A stretch of 64,000 nt of DNA from Coniocarpon cinnabarinum. Its lineage: Eukaryota. Below are positions 25,836-36,970 of the stretch, in pieces (the first letter of the stretch is position 1; each line of letters opens with the position of its first letter). The DNA lies in assembly GCA_051942205.1 (NCBI GenBank), contig JAVECO010000049.1, positions 1 to 64,000 on the forward strand, given 5' to 3'. A program made the translations under genes and the position numbers. The notes beneath the pieces are model-generated. The model saw only the letters and a program-made list of their open reading frames with translations, did no database searches and was not told the origin of the DNA.

Positions 25836-28623
25836 ATGGCATCGACAGAGGGGTTCTCCCCCTTAGCTTGTATTGTTGATTTTCATCACGCAAGGTACCG
25901 CTCACTTCCCAACTACCCTCCTCTCCTAGTTGCTGAGCTATCGTTCGGTGAAGAGGACCTGAAGTCGAGCGATGGTTTGGTAGAAGCGAGCAGAATGACA
26001 CGCCTGAAAGTAACGACTGGTCTCTGCTTCCTTTCCTAGCGCTGCCAGACGGCTCTCATGCGTAAGACTTCTCCTTCATCTGAATGTCCATGAGCTTTCG
26101 ACTTATAGGTCCCGAGACAGGTCCGAGGAGGAGATATCGTACTTTACGTTGCAAAATGCAGCTACGAAGACGGACCCTGCTACTTCGCTATTCGGCATTG
26201 CATGCACTCGACAGCTTGAGGCCAAGGATCTACTCCACAGACCTGCTCATGTGACGAGATCGTCCGTACAGAAGGCTGTTGTTGCCATCGTGGACAATCC
26301 GTTCATGTTTGCAAGAATTCAGCAGCGTCTGTCAGCTGTGACGAAAGCTTGGTTTGCGCAAAAGTAGGTAAGCATTTGCACAAATGCTGATTCGCTGTAA
26401 GCTTGCTGATACAAAGCAGAGATTTTTCGGATGTGTCTATTGTCGAAGTAAGGTTTCTTAAGCATGCCAGACCGCTCTTGGTATTTAATAACGTTTCAGA
26501 GCTTCTACGATAGCCTCGTAGCCTCCCGTAAGGAGCAAGTTGAGGAGCGAGATCAGTACGTTGGTAAGAATCCACCTCATGTTCCCGACGGTTTCCTTCA
26601 CCCGTGACCTTGTGAAGACCTGGTGCTTTGTCATGTCATGACCACTGACCACCTACGCATCGTGTACGATTATGGCTGGATACGTAGTAAACAGGGCTAT
26701 CAAGCTCGAGCAATCTTTCCAGCATCGACGCTGCTACCCTGAATATCTAAGCGGTCTCGGAATCGATATTCCAAGAAGACCCGAGCTGACGTGTCTGGAA
26801 AATAGGTCTGTCTTTGCGCGAGCTCATCCACGAATATCGATGGCAGACGCTGGTACTTTTCAAGTGTGCCCTCCTGCAGCCTAAGGTCAGTGCATGCCTC
26901 ATGCAAGTGCTTGCACTCATTGCTCACAAATGCAGATGCTTTTCTTTGGGGCGGATTGCGAACGCCTCTGTCTCCTACAATTTTCAATCATATCACTGAT
27001 ACCAACCCTCATTCGCAATCTGCAAGACTGCGCAGACCCCTCAATGAATACTTGCGAACAAAACGTCGACGTCCCGAGAGATATCAAGCCAAATGACCGC
27101 TCAGCTTGTAAGTGTAGCTCTGCTTTCGCAAAACTTACATCAGGCTTAGACGTGTAGTGCTGAAATACATGGGTTTGCCACTGCAGATATTTGGCAAGGT
27201 ATGCAGATATCACTGGCTTTGAGAACACTTCTATTGACTCAGAAAAAAGGGCAGCCTCTTCGGACCTTATACGCCCCTCCAACAACTCGACATCCTGACC
27301 GACAAGGGCACCAAATCCTACATAGCCGGCTCCACCAATACCCTCCTTCTCCATCAAAAGGACCGCTACAGCGACGTCCTCGTTAATCTCGACGACAGTT
27401 CCATCTCCATTTTCTCCCCAACACTTCGAAACGCCTTAGCCCTCTCGCACGCCGACAGAAGATGGATCGACCTAATCACGCAAACCGTAAACGACACGTG
27501 GGATCCTGAAAGCCCTACTATTCCAACAACCCACGGCTACCAAGGTAGCGAAGAGTTCATCCGTCTGCAATTTGAAGAATACCTCCTCGCTCTCTTATCC
27601 TGCAGCAAATACCACGATCACCTCGTTGCAACCGACAAGGCGTTATCACCATCCACGGACCCTACCCACCCTACTCAACCCATCTCCCGCCTCCCCTCAG
27701 AGCAAGACACCCAACCCCCAACAGATCCTTCTATGGACTTCTCCCCCGCCTTCCTAGACCACTGGTCCACCACCCCTTCCCATAGAATCTTCAAGGACAC
27801 CACATCACCCACCCTTTACGACCTCGTCGAGCCCAAACATCCCTGCGCAGGCGGTCTCACGATGGAAGACATCCAACGCCGCTTCGCACAACAAGTCGCT
27901 GATCTCCGCCTTGAAGAACGACTCGCGCCAACTCGCGCCGCCATAAACGAACGCCTCGAGGCCGGGCAGAGACGCATGAGTTCTGCGCTTACTGGTTTAA
28001 GGCATGAGTACGCTGTCAGAAGAAAGCAGTATGAAGATCGACGAACGCTCCGAGCAAGCGAGGCTTACGATCGTGAACACGGTATCGGCACTTCAGTCCC
28101 CAGATCATCGAACGTCGATGAAAACGCACGACCCTCTCCCCCGAATCCAGGAGGCGAGAAGACAGCGTCAACCCAACAAACGCGCGACGCGCCCTCGCAG
28201 GCACAGCAAAATATACAAGCCGCCTCCGCGCAAGCGCGCGAGAACCTCTCCGCCGCGTCGCAAAAGGCGTCTGCGTATTTTTCGAGCTGGGGCACTTGGG
28301 CGGCAGAGAAGAAGCGGACGTATCAAATGGGACGAGCGGAGTCGCACCGAGTCGCGAGTCATGGCGTCGATCAGAAAGATGGAGAGAGTGGAGGGGCGAC
28401 GGGTGCGAAGGTGACGAACGTTTGGAAACTGGGAGGAGAGAGTGCCCGGAGTTCTGAAGGCGGTGGAGGCGGTGGTGGTGGTGGTAATGGTGGTAATGGT
28501 GGTAATGGTGGTGGAAGTAGTGAAGTGACGAGTGTGAAGAAGAGTCCTACTAGTCCAGTGGAGCAGCGGCGGGGCGAGGGAAGGACTCCCAGAGAAGAGA
28601 GACGGTATGATCCCATTGACTAA
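25836..28623 (+). CDS. AVL9: Late secretory pathway protein Avl9 (DENN-like)
   Basis: IVDFHHARGPEVE, LALPDGSH, LFGIACTRQL, VTRSSVQKAVV, GLSLRELIHEYRWQTLVLFK, GLPLQIFGKGSLFGPYTPLQQLD. Introns about 25895-25953, 26062-26108, 26363-26419, 26448-26499, 26564-26805, 26886-26935, 27108-27157, 27199-27249. Last exon 27250-28623. Confidence 0.9.
28458..28514 (+). repeat. Coding microsatellite (GGT/GGTAATGGT)n encoding a poly-Gly/Asn tract in AVL9
   Basis: ggcggtggaggcggtggtggtggtggtaatggtggtaatggtggtaatggtggtgga translates to GGGGGGGGGNGGNGGNGGG. Confidence 0.85.
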
Positions 28624-29268
28624 GACCATCTTTATAGCGCTGTGGACGAAAGGCAGAAAGAGGACGAGAAGGAGACTAGAAACGACGGTGCACGTAGTGG
28701 TGCCTGAGTGTTTGCTTGGGAAGACATTGTTGCATGAAATGGTCCGAGGAGACAAGACCGGAGAGATGTTGGACCCGATTTTGTTGGGTGAATGATACAT
28801 GTGTACTGAGAGCACCCACATCTGCAACTTATTCCTTCTCCATGTTGCAATCCCCCTGTTCCATCTCGTCACTCCTAGTGCACAGCCATGACAGCACATC
28901 TTCAACAGCATCGGCATTCACAACAACTCTTGCGTGCATGCGAACGAGCCTTACAGAGGATCAAAGATAGAGCAGTTTTGAAGAGCTAATTGCATTCACG
29001 ATTTTCCCTACGTGAGAAAAAAGGCATCTCTGTCATGATCTGAGCCCCATGCGCCATTAACCCTCGTCGTTCATCACAGATGCGCAAAGAATCGCCCGAG
29101 CCGCATGCAATAACCATGGCCGTCGTAAGCACATCCACTTCGATCTTCGTTCGCGCTGCGCTTGACTCTCGCTGCGCATCATTCTAACCACTACCACCGG
29201 CCACACAGTCTCCAGTACAACCACCATCGCCACCCCCTCGAGGGCTGATTAAAGTGCAAAGCCAACCT

Positions 29269-31563
29269 CTACGCCAAGTAAGCCAGCTCCCCGTCATCCA
29301 AGCGCTCCAAATACTCCTTCTCAATCAAAATATCCACGCACTTTTTGATATCCTGCACGCTGGGCTTGAAGCGCGAGGAAATTTGCTGAATCGTCTCTTG
29401 GAGCAGCACCTGATGTCGCATCTTCTTGCGGCTCTTCATGATGCGCACAATAGCACTCTGGATGACAAGTTTCCGATCTTCCTCAATCGTCTTGTGGGTA
29501 TCATCGGCTTCCTGTTTGGCCTCAGACTTTATCTGAATGTTGAGATTGACCTTCACCTTCTTTTGCTTGAAGTTGTGGTTGAGCTTGTAGACCGTGCCGG
29601 ATTCAGGCTTGGCGTTCTCGGGCTCGGGAATGATGACGCGGGCCTTGACCATGATAGCGATGGATGGGTCCAGGGTCTCTTTCACAAGTGTGGTTGCGGC
29701 TTGCATCTCATCGTAGGCAACAGTGTCATTAGTCGACTCGTTGAACAATAGAAGTATGGCCATCTGGTAGGTTGACACTTGGAACGTGTAAGGAATCTTT
29801 GACGCAGACTTAGTGTAGTTCGCGCGGACCTCGCCCTTGCACATATGCCAAAGCCACGTTAGCTTGCGACCACTGTGCTTCTGTGTGTAGAAATTTTGGA
29901 AGCGCTCGTAGGTTTTGACGATGGTGTTTGGAGGCGTGAAGGGGGTATTGGGAGGATTGAGCGGCCAGAAGCCAGTCCCGAGAATCTGGTAAGTGGCGTC
30001 CACCGCATTCTTCTTGTCGAAGTCTTGGTTTTCGAGATGATCGCGGTACGATGAGTTGAGGTCCTTGGAGATTTGCATATCCTGGAACATGCGCTGGAGT
30101 TTGTTGGTGTACTCGAATCCGCACGCCTCCTTCAATTTGGAGATCATGTTGGTCTCGGCGTCATCCGAGGCAGCTGAAGATACAAGACGCTTGGCCAGCA
30201 TGCGTGAGTAAAACTTCTGGAAGACATCTTTGTCGTTGATGTACTTGAAAATCGTCATCACCTGTGTGAGCTGCTTTTCTAAGTCGTCTTCCTCTGCAGA
30301 CTGTGCTGAACGCTTCAGGAGCTGATCTGTGTATTTGGCAAGCAGTTCAGGCGACCGGTTGGTAGCTTTCTCGCATACTTTGTTGTGATTGACGTACTCG
30401 GTACAGGCGCTGTCCAGCGATCGCACGAACTCGGATTCCGAACTAAAGGCTTTGTTGACGAGATCTGAGTATTGAGTGTGAACTGCAAGCAGAGCGTCGA
30501 CATAGGCCTTGGGCTCTACATTCTCACCGCTCTCAGCGGCTGCTTTCTCGACCTCCACGCGCCCAGTATTGACGACATGCTTCTCAAACCGAGTACGGAG
30601 TGGGTCGAGACCATCCGGAATCCGCAGAAGTAGTCTATACATCCTACCGAGATCTTCAATGCGGTCGTCGTCCAGCAGCTTCTGAAACTCTTCCTGCAAC
30701 GTATTTCGGTGTCGCGTGATGAGAGTCTCGTTGCAAACTTTGGTGAGAGGTGTACGAATGTCCTCAATGAGGAAGAGCGGCACGTGTTCCCGCTCTTCAT
30801 TCAGACGAGTTTCTGCTTTCTTCATGTATTCTACCACCGGGTTTTCTGCAAGGAATCTGTCCGACTCAGTCTGGTAATACGACTCCGTGTTGGCGAGGAA
30901 AGGCTTCTCAAAGTAGTTGCGGTATACTTCGAGAGTGCCCTTGTTCTGGTCGTTCTCGTCGATACCAAGAGCAACGAAGCTATCAACTACACTCTTGATC
31001 TGTGAGTGCTCAACAGTCTCACCATTGCGCAGCCGCTCAACAAGGCGCAAAACAGCAGCCATGACGGTGTTTTGTGTGTCGCCGAACATGACTTGGTACC
31101 ACGTAACGAGATGCAGAGTGTAGACATCGTAGATGTTTTTCTTGCCCTCCTCAATTTCTCGCTTGACCCAGTGACGGTTGAGGTATCGGAACAAGTGGTT
31201 CACGAACGTCGCAGCTGTTGTGTAGCGCTTCCACTCCTTAATGTAGTAGACGAGCAACTGTTCATCAGACTGACCAGGGCCATTTCGAAGCACAGCTTCA
31301 AGATGGGATTTCAAGTATCGTGAGAGATGGTTGTAGAGTTCTTCTCCAAGGAGATGGGCACCCCGCTGCGCGCCATGGGCAGGTGATGTCGTGGCACCGT
31401 TAATGCCTTTTTGTGATGTGCAGAAGTTGTGAACGGTGGAGTAGAGCTTCATGTACTGGGCCATGTCGATCCCCTCTGTGAGATGCGTCATGATACGCTC
31501 GATGCCATCCTCGAGCGTCGCCCAGGCGGTATCATTTTCGCTCGGGCCACGAGCGGGAGCCAT
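29269..31563 (-). CDS. CUL1: Cullin-1 (SCF scaffold, Cdc53/CulA), single-exon CDS
   Basis: YMKLYSTVHNFCT, GAHLLGEELY, YLNRHWVKRE, SPELLAKY, KDVFQKFY, CGFEYTNKLQRMFQD, neddylation site IVRIMKSRK, LIEKEYLER. Start ATG 31563 (MAPARGP). Confidence 0.97.
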   Translation of the reverse strand: MAPARGPSENDTAWATLEDGIERIMTHLTEGIDMAQYMKLYSTVHNFCTSQKGINGATTSPAHGAQRGAHLLGEELYNHLSRYLKSHLEAVLRNGPGQSDEQLLVYYIKEWKRYTTAATFVNHLFRYLNRHWVKREIEEGKKNIYDVYTLHLVTWYQVMFGDTQNTVMAAVLRLVERLRNGETVEHSQIKSVVDSFVALGIDENDQNKGTLEVYRNYFEKPFLANTESYYQTESDRFLAENPVVEYMKKAETRLNEEREHVPLFLIEDIRTPLTKVCNETLITRHRNTLQEEFQKLLDDDRIEDLGRMYRLLLRIPDGLDPLRTRFEKHVVNTGRVEVEKAAAESGENVEPKAYVDALLAVHTQYSDLVNKAFSSESEFVRSLDSACTEYVNHNKVCEKATNRSPELLAKYTDQLLKRSAQSAEEDDLEKQLTQVMTIFKYINDKDVFQKFYSRMLAKRLVSSAASDDAETNMISKLKEACGFEYTNKLQRMFQDMQISKDLNSSYRDHLENQDFDKKNAVDATYQILGTGFWPLNPPNTPFTPPNTIVKTYERFQNFYTQKHSGRKLTWLWHMCKGEVRANYTKSASKIPYTFQVSTYQMAILLLFNESTNDTVAYDEMQAATTLVKETLDPSIAIMVKARVIIPEPENAKPESGTVYKLNHNFKQKKVKVNLNIQIKSEAKQEADDTHKTIEEDRKLVIQSAIVRIMKSRKKMRHQVLLQETIQQISSRFKPSVQDIKKCVDILIEKEYLERLDDGELAYLA

Positions 31564-32189
31564 GTGTGCCGACCGATGAACGTATCGTCTATTTGAAGAT
31601 TGATGAAGCTGGAAAGAGAAGTTCCTGGGGCGCAAGTACCAAGAAGGCGTTCGAGTATGAGAGTTCCTGCCTGGCCAGAGCGCGCCGAGTGCGTTGTTGG
31701 AAGGAAAGACTGTAAATGATGACTCGGAGTTCTTGAGAGCTGTTCAGTTATGGTCACGCGAGAGGTGATGGCGGGATGGGCGCGGACGAGACAGTGTGGA
31801 AGCAAAACAAAAGAGATGAGGATGTAGAGCTGCTGTAAAGCAGCTGAGAAGGTCAAGAGCCGGTGGGGAAAGATGTTGGAAGCACGGAAGGTGAACGAGA
31901 GAGGCAAGAAGCGTGAAGAGTGGTGTGGACAGTGCTTGCCAGCGGGCGACAAGGCAGATACGGCCCGTCTTGCGCCTTCGATTCCCACGTCGATATTTAT
32001 CGTTAGGTGCATGCCTTGCGAATGCTCATAGTCAGTACCTCGACGTCGCGCACCTCCACACATTCCCAACTTGCGCACTCCGGCTATGTCGCTCGGTCAC
32101 TGAGAAGAAGTGATCATGGTGCTTGAGGGCCTGGCGTCATCCGTCAGCCTGTGCCAGGCAACACGCTCGCTCATTCTTCGGAAGAAGAC

Positions 32190-32762
32190 ATGGCGGATGA
32201 GCTGAGCAAGGTCCAAGAATGCCTCGACCAGGTGTGCTTTAACTCTAATGTACTGTGCACGCGCAGAAGTATTGACTTTGCTCCGCAGTTGGCGACGCAG
32301 ATGTTTGCTTGCCTGCATTGGGTCTCGCAGAACGCCATCCCCGCACAGGTTAACGGCCAACCTTTCTGGCCACCTGAAGGCGTCCTTCCCAATGGCAACG
32401 AAACACTCGCCGATGGCCAACCTGCCGACTCAAACAATGCAGACACCCAGCACGCCAGCGCCGTCAACGGTGCCGAAGCTGCGTCCTCGGCAACACCAAC
32501 AGATACAAACGCTGCAAGAAGTGACTACCAGGCCACACTTCAGGAGCTTGCACAGGACCTCGTCATCAAGGAACAGCAGATTGAGACTCTCATCAAAGGT
32601 TTGCCCGGACTTGAGAAGAGTGAGGAGGATCAGCAAAGACGAATGCAAGAGTTGGAAGAAGAGGCGAAAGAATTGGAGGAGCAGGCAAAGGTCGCTAGCG
32701 ATTCACGAGAGGGGCTCATCCAGCAAGTCGAAGAGACGATGATGAAGATCCGCAGAGTATAG
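32190..32762 (+). CDS. MED21: Mediator complex subunit 21 (Srb7)
   Basis: [23 protein letters not shown] across intron 32232-32288, then [22 protein letters not shown]...SEEDQ and a coiled coil. Divergent from CUL1. Confidence 0.9.
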   Translation: MADELSKVQECLDQVCFNSNVLCTRRSIDFAPQLATQMFACLHWVSQNAIPAQVNGQPFWPPEGVLPNGNETLADGQPADSNNADTQHASAVNGAEAASSATPTDTNAARSDYQATLQELAQDLVIKEQQIETLIKGLPGLEKSEEDQQRRMQELEEEAKELEEQAKVASDSREGLIQQVEETMMKIRRV

Positions 32763-33022
32763 TCTTGCTCACTTCAAGGACCCCACGTTGGATGTGAACA
32801 AATTTAATGAGGATTGAAATAGCGACCATTTAGACTTCGTTCTCGGACTCTGTCCACAGCGTCTACATCTATGAAGGGTGGCTTGCTTGCTTGTGTAATG
32901 GCTGAACTTCGGGTGATTGCTGCTACCTCGAACCGCCGATTTAATTTTTGAAATGATATGGAGATTGTGACTGTGGCGACTCTGCAGCTATGCCACAACC
33001 GCCGTCCCATACGTTTCTGATT

Positions 33023-36000
33023 TCACGATGAAGTATCAGTCTCCCCCAGAGGACGATCCTGCAGCGATGCCAACACAAGGCTCTCAACTTGCTCAAGTAG
33101 CGTTCGGAGATTTCGTTCCTCTTCGTCTGTAAGATTCCCCCTTGGAACGTCCCAAACAAACACTCTGACATAAGTTTGGAGATTTCGCTCTTCGACTGGT
33201 ACTTTCAGCTCTAGCAAGCGTCGACCGGTCCCGCCCTTTTCTTGGAATTCAATCGATTCCAATATGCTGTGTTGGAAGGCCCCTCGACGGAGTAGAATCA
33301 GCTCCATCTCCTTCAGCGTCTCCACGTTGTCTGAAGCTGAATAGAATGTTTTGAGGAAAGAGAGCGCAGAGAGGGAGAACGCCGATTTTTCCCACACAAT
33401 CTCAGGTTGATTTGCTAGCATGGCCTGATGCAAGGGCCATCTACGGTATTTCCAAGAGTGTTGCATGCTGAAAGCATGCAATCGGTTGGGATTCCCCTTC
33501 TCGGACCGCCAGAGCACCCGTGTGTATTGAAGCCACGCCTCTTCAACCTCCGTTCGAATTAAGGACGAACCAGAAATGTTGCTAAGAAGCCACTGAACCA
33601 TGCTCCAGGCAGAGGCTTGATTAGTTTTTAGCTGTGTAGAGACGTGCATGTGGGGAGCGGCCACATTATCGCAGACGTCTGGCGGCGATAAGACATCATA
33701 TCTGTCAAAATCAGCACCCGCGTCTAGTAAAGATGAAATTATTCTCGGAGCGTCTTTGGTAATACGATGCAGTTGGTGGTCTCGCGTCCAATCATTGCCC
33801 CATGTGTGCCATGTAAAGTCCAAGACCAGCTTTATCAGGACGCACTGCACGACGTCGGCGATTAAGCGTGGATGAGTCAATGCGGAATCACGTGTGATCG
33901 CATCCACAGACCGATGTAACCCCCAAACAGCGCAAATTTGGGCTGCATGATAGATTCGCATCTTTGACGAGTCAACTGCTATAGCGTCCGACATTCTTTA
34001 ATGCAAGTGCTCGAAAGTCCATCTTGCTTTTCTTGTGAGAACGTCATAGCTCCGTGACGACCTTAGTGTTTTTGCGAATATCGGCGTTGCGATTGCATCA
34101 ATTTCAAGGACCAGGGGCAATTGTGATACGTGAGCTTGATGCTCCTCAATCCAGAGATGCTCTAACGCGAATGCAGGCTCCCAAAGATCCCAGAAACGCG
34201 CCTACAACCATCAGTAATCTGCGTTCACCCATACGCGTTGCTTCGGTATCTTATTTAAAAATCACGAAAATGAAGCAAAATACATTAAGGAATCATTTGA
34301 ATCATTTGCGCTAAGGTGATATTGTACTCACGTGGTCACAGCCTTCATGTCTGTAATGCAGGTGAAGCCGCGCGATGAGCGCCCTTGCTGTCGCGGCATT
34401 GACATTCCATGGGCCAGCGAGAGCAAGGAATTGCTGACCATATTCAGTCTCATTTAGAAAATCCTTGGCGGTGCGATGCAGGAAGCGCATAGACCTCGAA
34501 GAGCTATCAAGCTCTTGGAGTCTTTGGCAGTCTTGCGTGTCGTATATGCTACCCGCTGCAGCACCTGCTAGAAGCTCATCGTAGGCATTAGATCGCCTAG
34601 ATGTGACCTCCAGTAACCCGCCACATCTCGCGCGTGTTTGTCGCTCCACCTTTTTACACATCTGAATGACTTGATGATTAGATAGCTGATTTTTAATGCC
34701 CGTATCTGTATTTTCAAAATTCATGAATCTGCTTGGAAATCATCAGCGGACTTCGACTTGTATAGGAAGGAATGACTCGCAAGATCGATCTTCACTTGTT
34801 GCTAACAGACTAGTGCGCAGATGAAATAAACATCGCCATGCGTTGTTGCTTGACTCACCCTAGCGTCAATAGTGTCACTTCCCACTCAACATGGCAGGCG
34901 AACCAAAGACATCGCGCTGCACACACTTTGTGCGCGGGATCGATGCGCTCCAGCAACACGACGTAAAGATCGTACAGACGCGATGGTAAGACTTGAACCC
35001 GTGACATAATTTGATCGACATCATCCGCTTCTATTATTCCTTGAACTGCCGCATTAAGTGCCAAGGTGACCCAGAGGAAGACTCCATCGGCCTTCCGGAC
35101 TATAAGTTGAGACAAGTTCTTGATATCGGACTGTTTTAGGAGGTCGAGATCATCATACTCCTCGTGGGCAGAGGTCAACTCTCCTTCAACGAATATGCAG
35201 ATGTCATTGTAGGTCAACTCATGAAGGCGTAGAGAGCACCCGTTCGAAAATGCTACACAGAGGATGCAGAGTTAGAAAGACACAATATCCAAATCTCTGG
35301 CGAGATTCGATTACTACAACGGGACTGATGGAAATCCACCGCATTCATCCCTTCCGTGATACACATAGCTTTCTCAGTGTGGTCAGTGGTTCGGTTGTGG
35401 CAAACCATTACGTTATTGATTGGAATTCTGCTCTTATCAATTTAGTAGCGCACACCACCAAACCATAACTAGGCCGAATCAAAATTTATTAGTAGTTGCT
35501 GGTTTGGTTATGGTAAACAGTTAAATGTTGGTTCGGGTTTCGCTGTTATCACTTTTTGGTAGCGTGCGCTACCGAGCTGTAACCGAACCGAACCATTGGC
35601 CACACTGACTGCTTGCTAGGGTGCGTGGGTGCTGAGGAACTTACTTTGTTCGAACATATTATCATGTCTGCTTGAAACGCAAATCTTTACATGGCTCGGA
35701 CCGCTGAGCTTTTTGATCAGATTTATTGTAGGCCGTGCATCATCTCCGAGCTCGTCAAGGCCGTCCACTAAGATAAAAAAGGAGCACGCCACTCTATTCG
35801 CTCTGATGACCCGCTCGAGAGCCTGTGTTAGACGTTGCTGTGTCCACAATGGAACAGGTCGATCAGCTTCTGGGAAGATGTCTAGGAGGAATTCAGATCT
35901 TTGGCTAAGTAGCTGGTGCAGCATAGATCTCAACATTCCACTCAAGCTCCTCTGCAGAGGTGAAACACCTGGCTTCCAAGCAAAGAAGGACGTCATTGCC

Positions 36001-36970
36001 AAGACTTTCGATTTCGACCATTCACAAAGCAATTCTCGTAGCTGCACCTGCTGATTGATGAAATGCATTAGCGTAGATTTTCCAGAACCTGCCTTTCCAC
36101 TAATCCAGTACGCGTCAGTTCCCTGCAAAAGCCACTGCCGAAAATCAGACCACCGGCAAGCACCTTCATCTGGTTGTTGAAAGATCCACTCGTATGTGTT
36201 TTGGTAAGCAGGTGCAATTTCTTCATCTCGAGAGCTCATTTCTGGGAAGTAGAGGCTGTTGAGAACCTTTCTATGATCTTCGGTTGAATTCAACTTTACA
36301 CGTAAGTCCGCAAACTGTTCCGCAATGGTTTCTTGACAATGTGATTGTGTGCGCAGTAACAGGTCTTCGAGCGCTGCGCCGGAGTTTGGAGGCTCAAATT
36401 GCTTCGCTTTTATTGTTTCAATGAGCTCCGCAAATTCTGCCGTCCAAGCCATAGAAAGGCTTCTTTGCCTTTCTCTAAAGCACACGAGTAAGTAAGACGT
36501 GAGCATGCGTAAGGATCTGTCTTTAGAGTGAAAACCTACCTAATGTCGATTAATAAATTCGTGTCCAGCGCTCTTTGGTAGTCTTGCATCTCTCGTCGCA
36601 ACCTTTCGATACGTTCAGCCTTAAATGCAGTCCGTAGTGTCACATAAAAGAAATTCAAGATTTTTCCTTTTCTGTCGCAAACACGCAACTTCTGAAGCTC
36701 CTCGTCTAACGCATGTGCACTTCTAATGCACTTGTCTGAAAGTTCGTACAGTGCCATCTCATTCCTGTCACTGACAGTGGCAATATCTGGCCTCTCCAGG
36801 GAATACCTGAGGGAGGTGCTTGCGGTTTGGAACTTGGCCACATATTCGACCAGCTCAGGTCGATCGCACCCATCCTTGTAAATATTGTGGCATAGTGTTA
36901 TGACTTTGAGTGCGAAATCCGTCACCGACAGCACGGACGCGGCCAGCGAGAAGGCTACTGCCGCTTCCAT
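33023..36970 (-). pseudogene. NACHT/STAND NTPase (fungal NLR-like) with N-terminal SesA/HeLo-like helical domain and an in-frame TAA at 33998-34000
   Basis: N-terminus MEAAVAFSLAASVLSVTDFALKV; LNSLYFPEMSSRDEEI...TYEWIF; Walker A WISGKAGSGKSTLM; Walker B FILVDGLDE; KICVSSR; KADGVFLWV; RCGGLLEV; FLHRTAKDFL. Exons 36970-36540, 36474-35645, 35252-34859, 34728-34332, 34201-33023; the last exon is interrupted by one stop. It could also be a functional truncated gene. Confidence 0.8.
35375..35607. mobile_element. MITE-like non-autonomous DNA transposon (233 bp) in intron 2 of the NACHT gene
   Basis: 22-bp terminal inverted repeats, 20/22 identical (CAGTGTGGTCAGTGGTTCGGTT vs AACCGAACCATTGGCCACACTG). 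AT-rich non-coding interior and repeated AACCG/CGGTT subterminal motifs. No clear target-site duplication. Confidence 0.78.

Noticed and set aside
34729..34858. Stwintron or micro-exon in the 130-nt NACHT intron 3
   Set aside because: Internal TAG and GCGAGT sites exist, but the nested or micro-exon models I tried give stops or the wrong phase. A single intron gives a clean TLLTLG-FMNFE.
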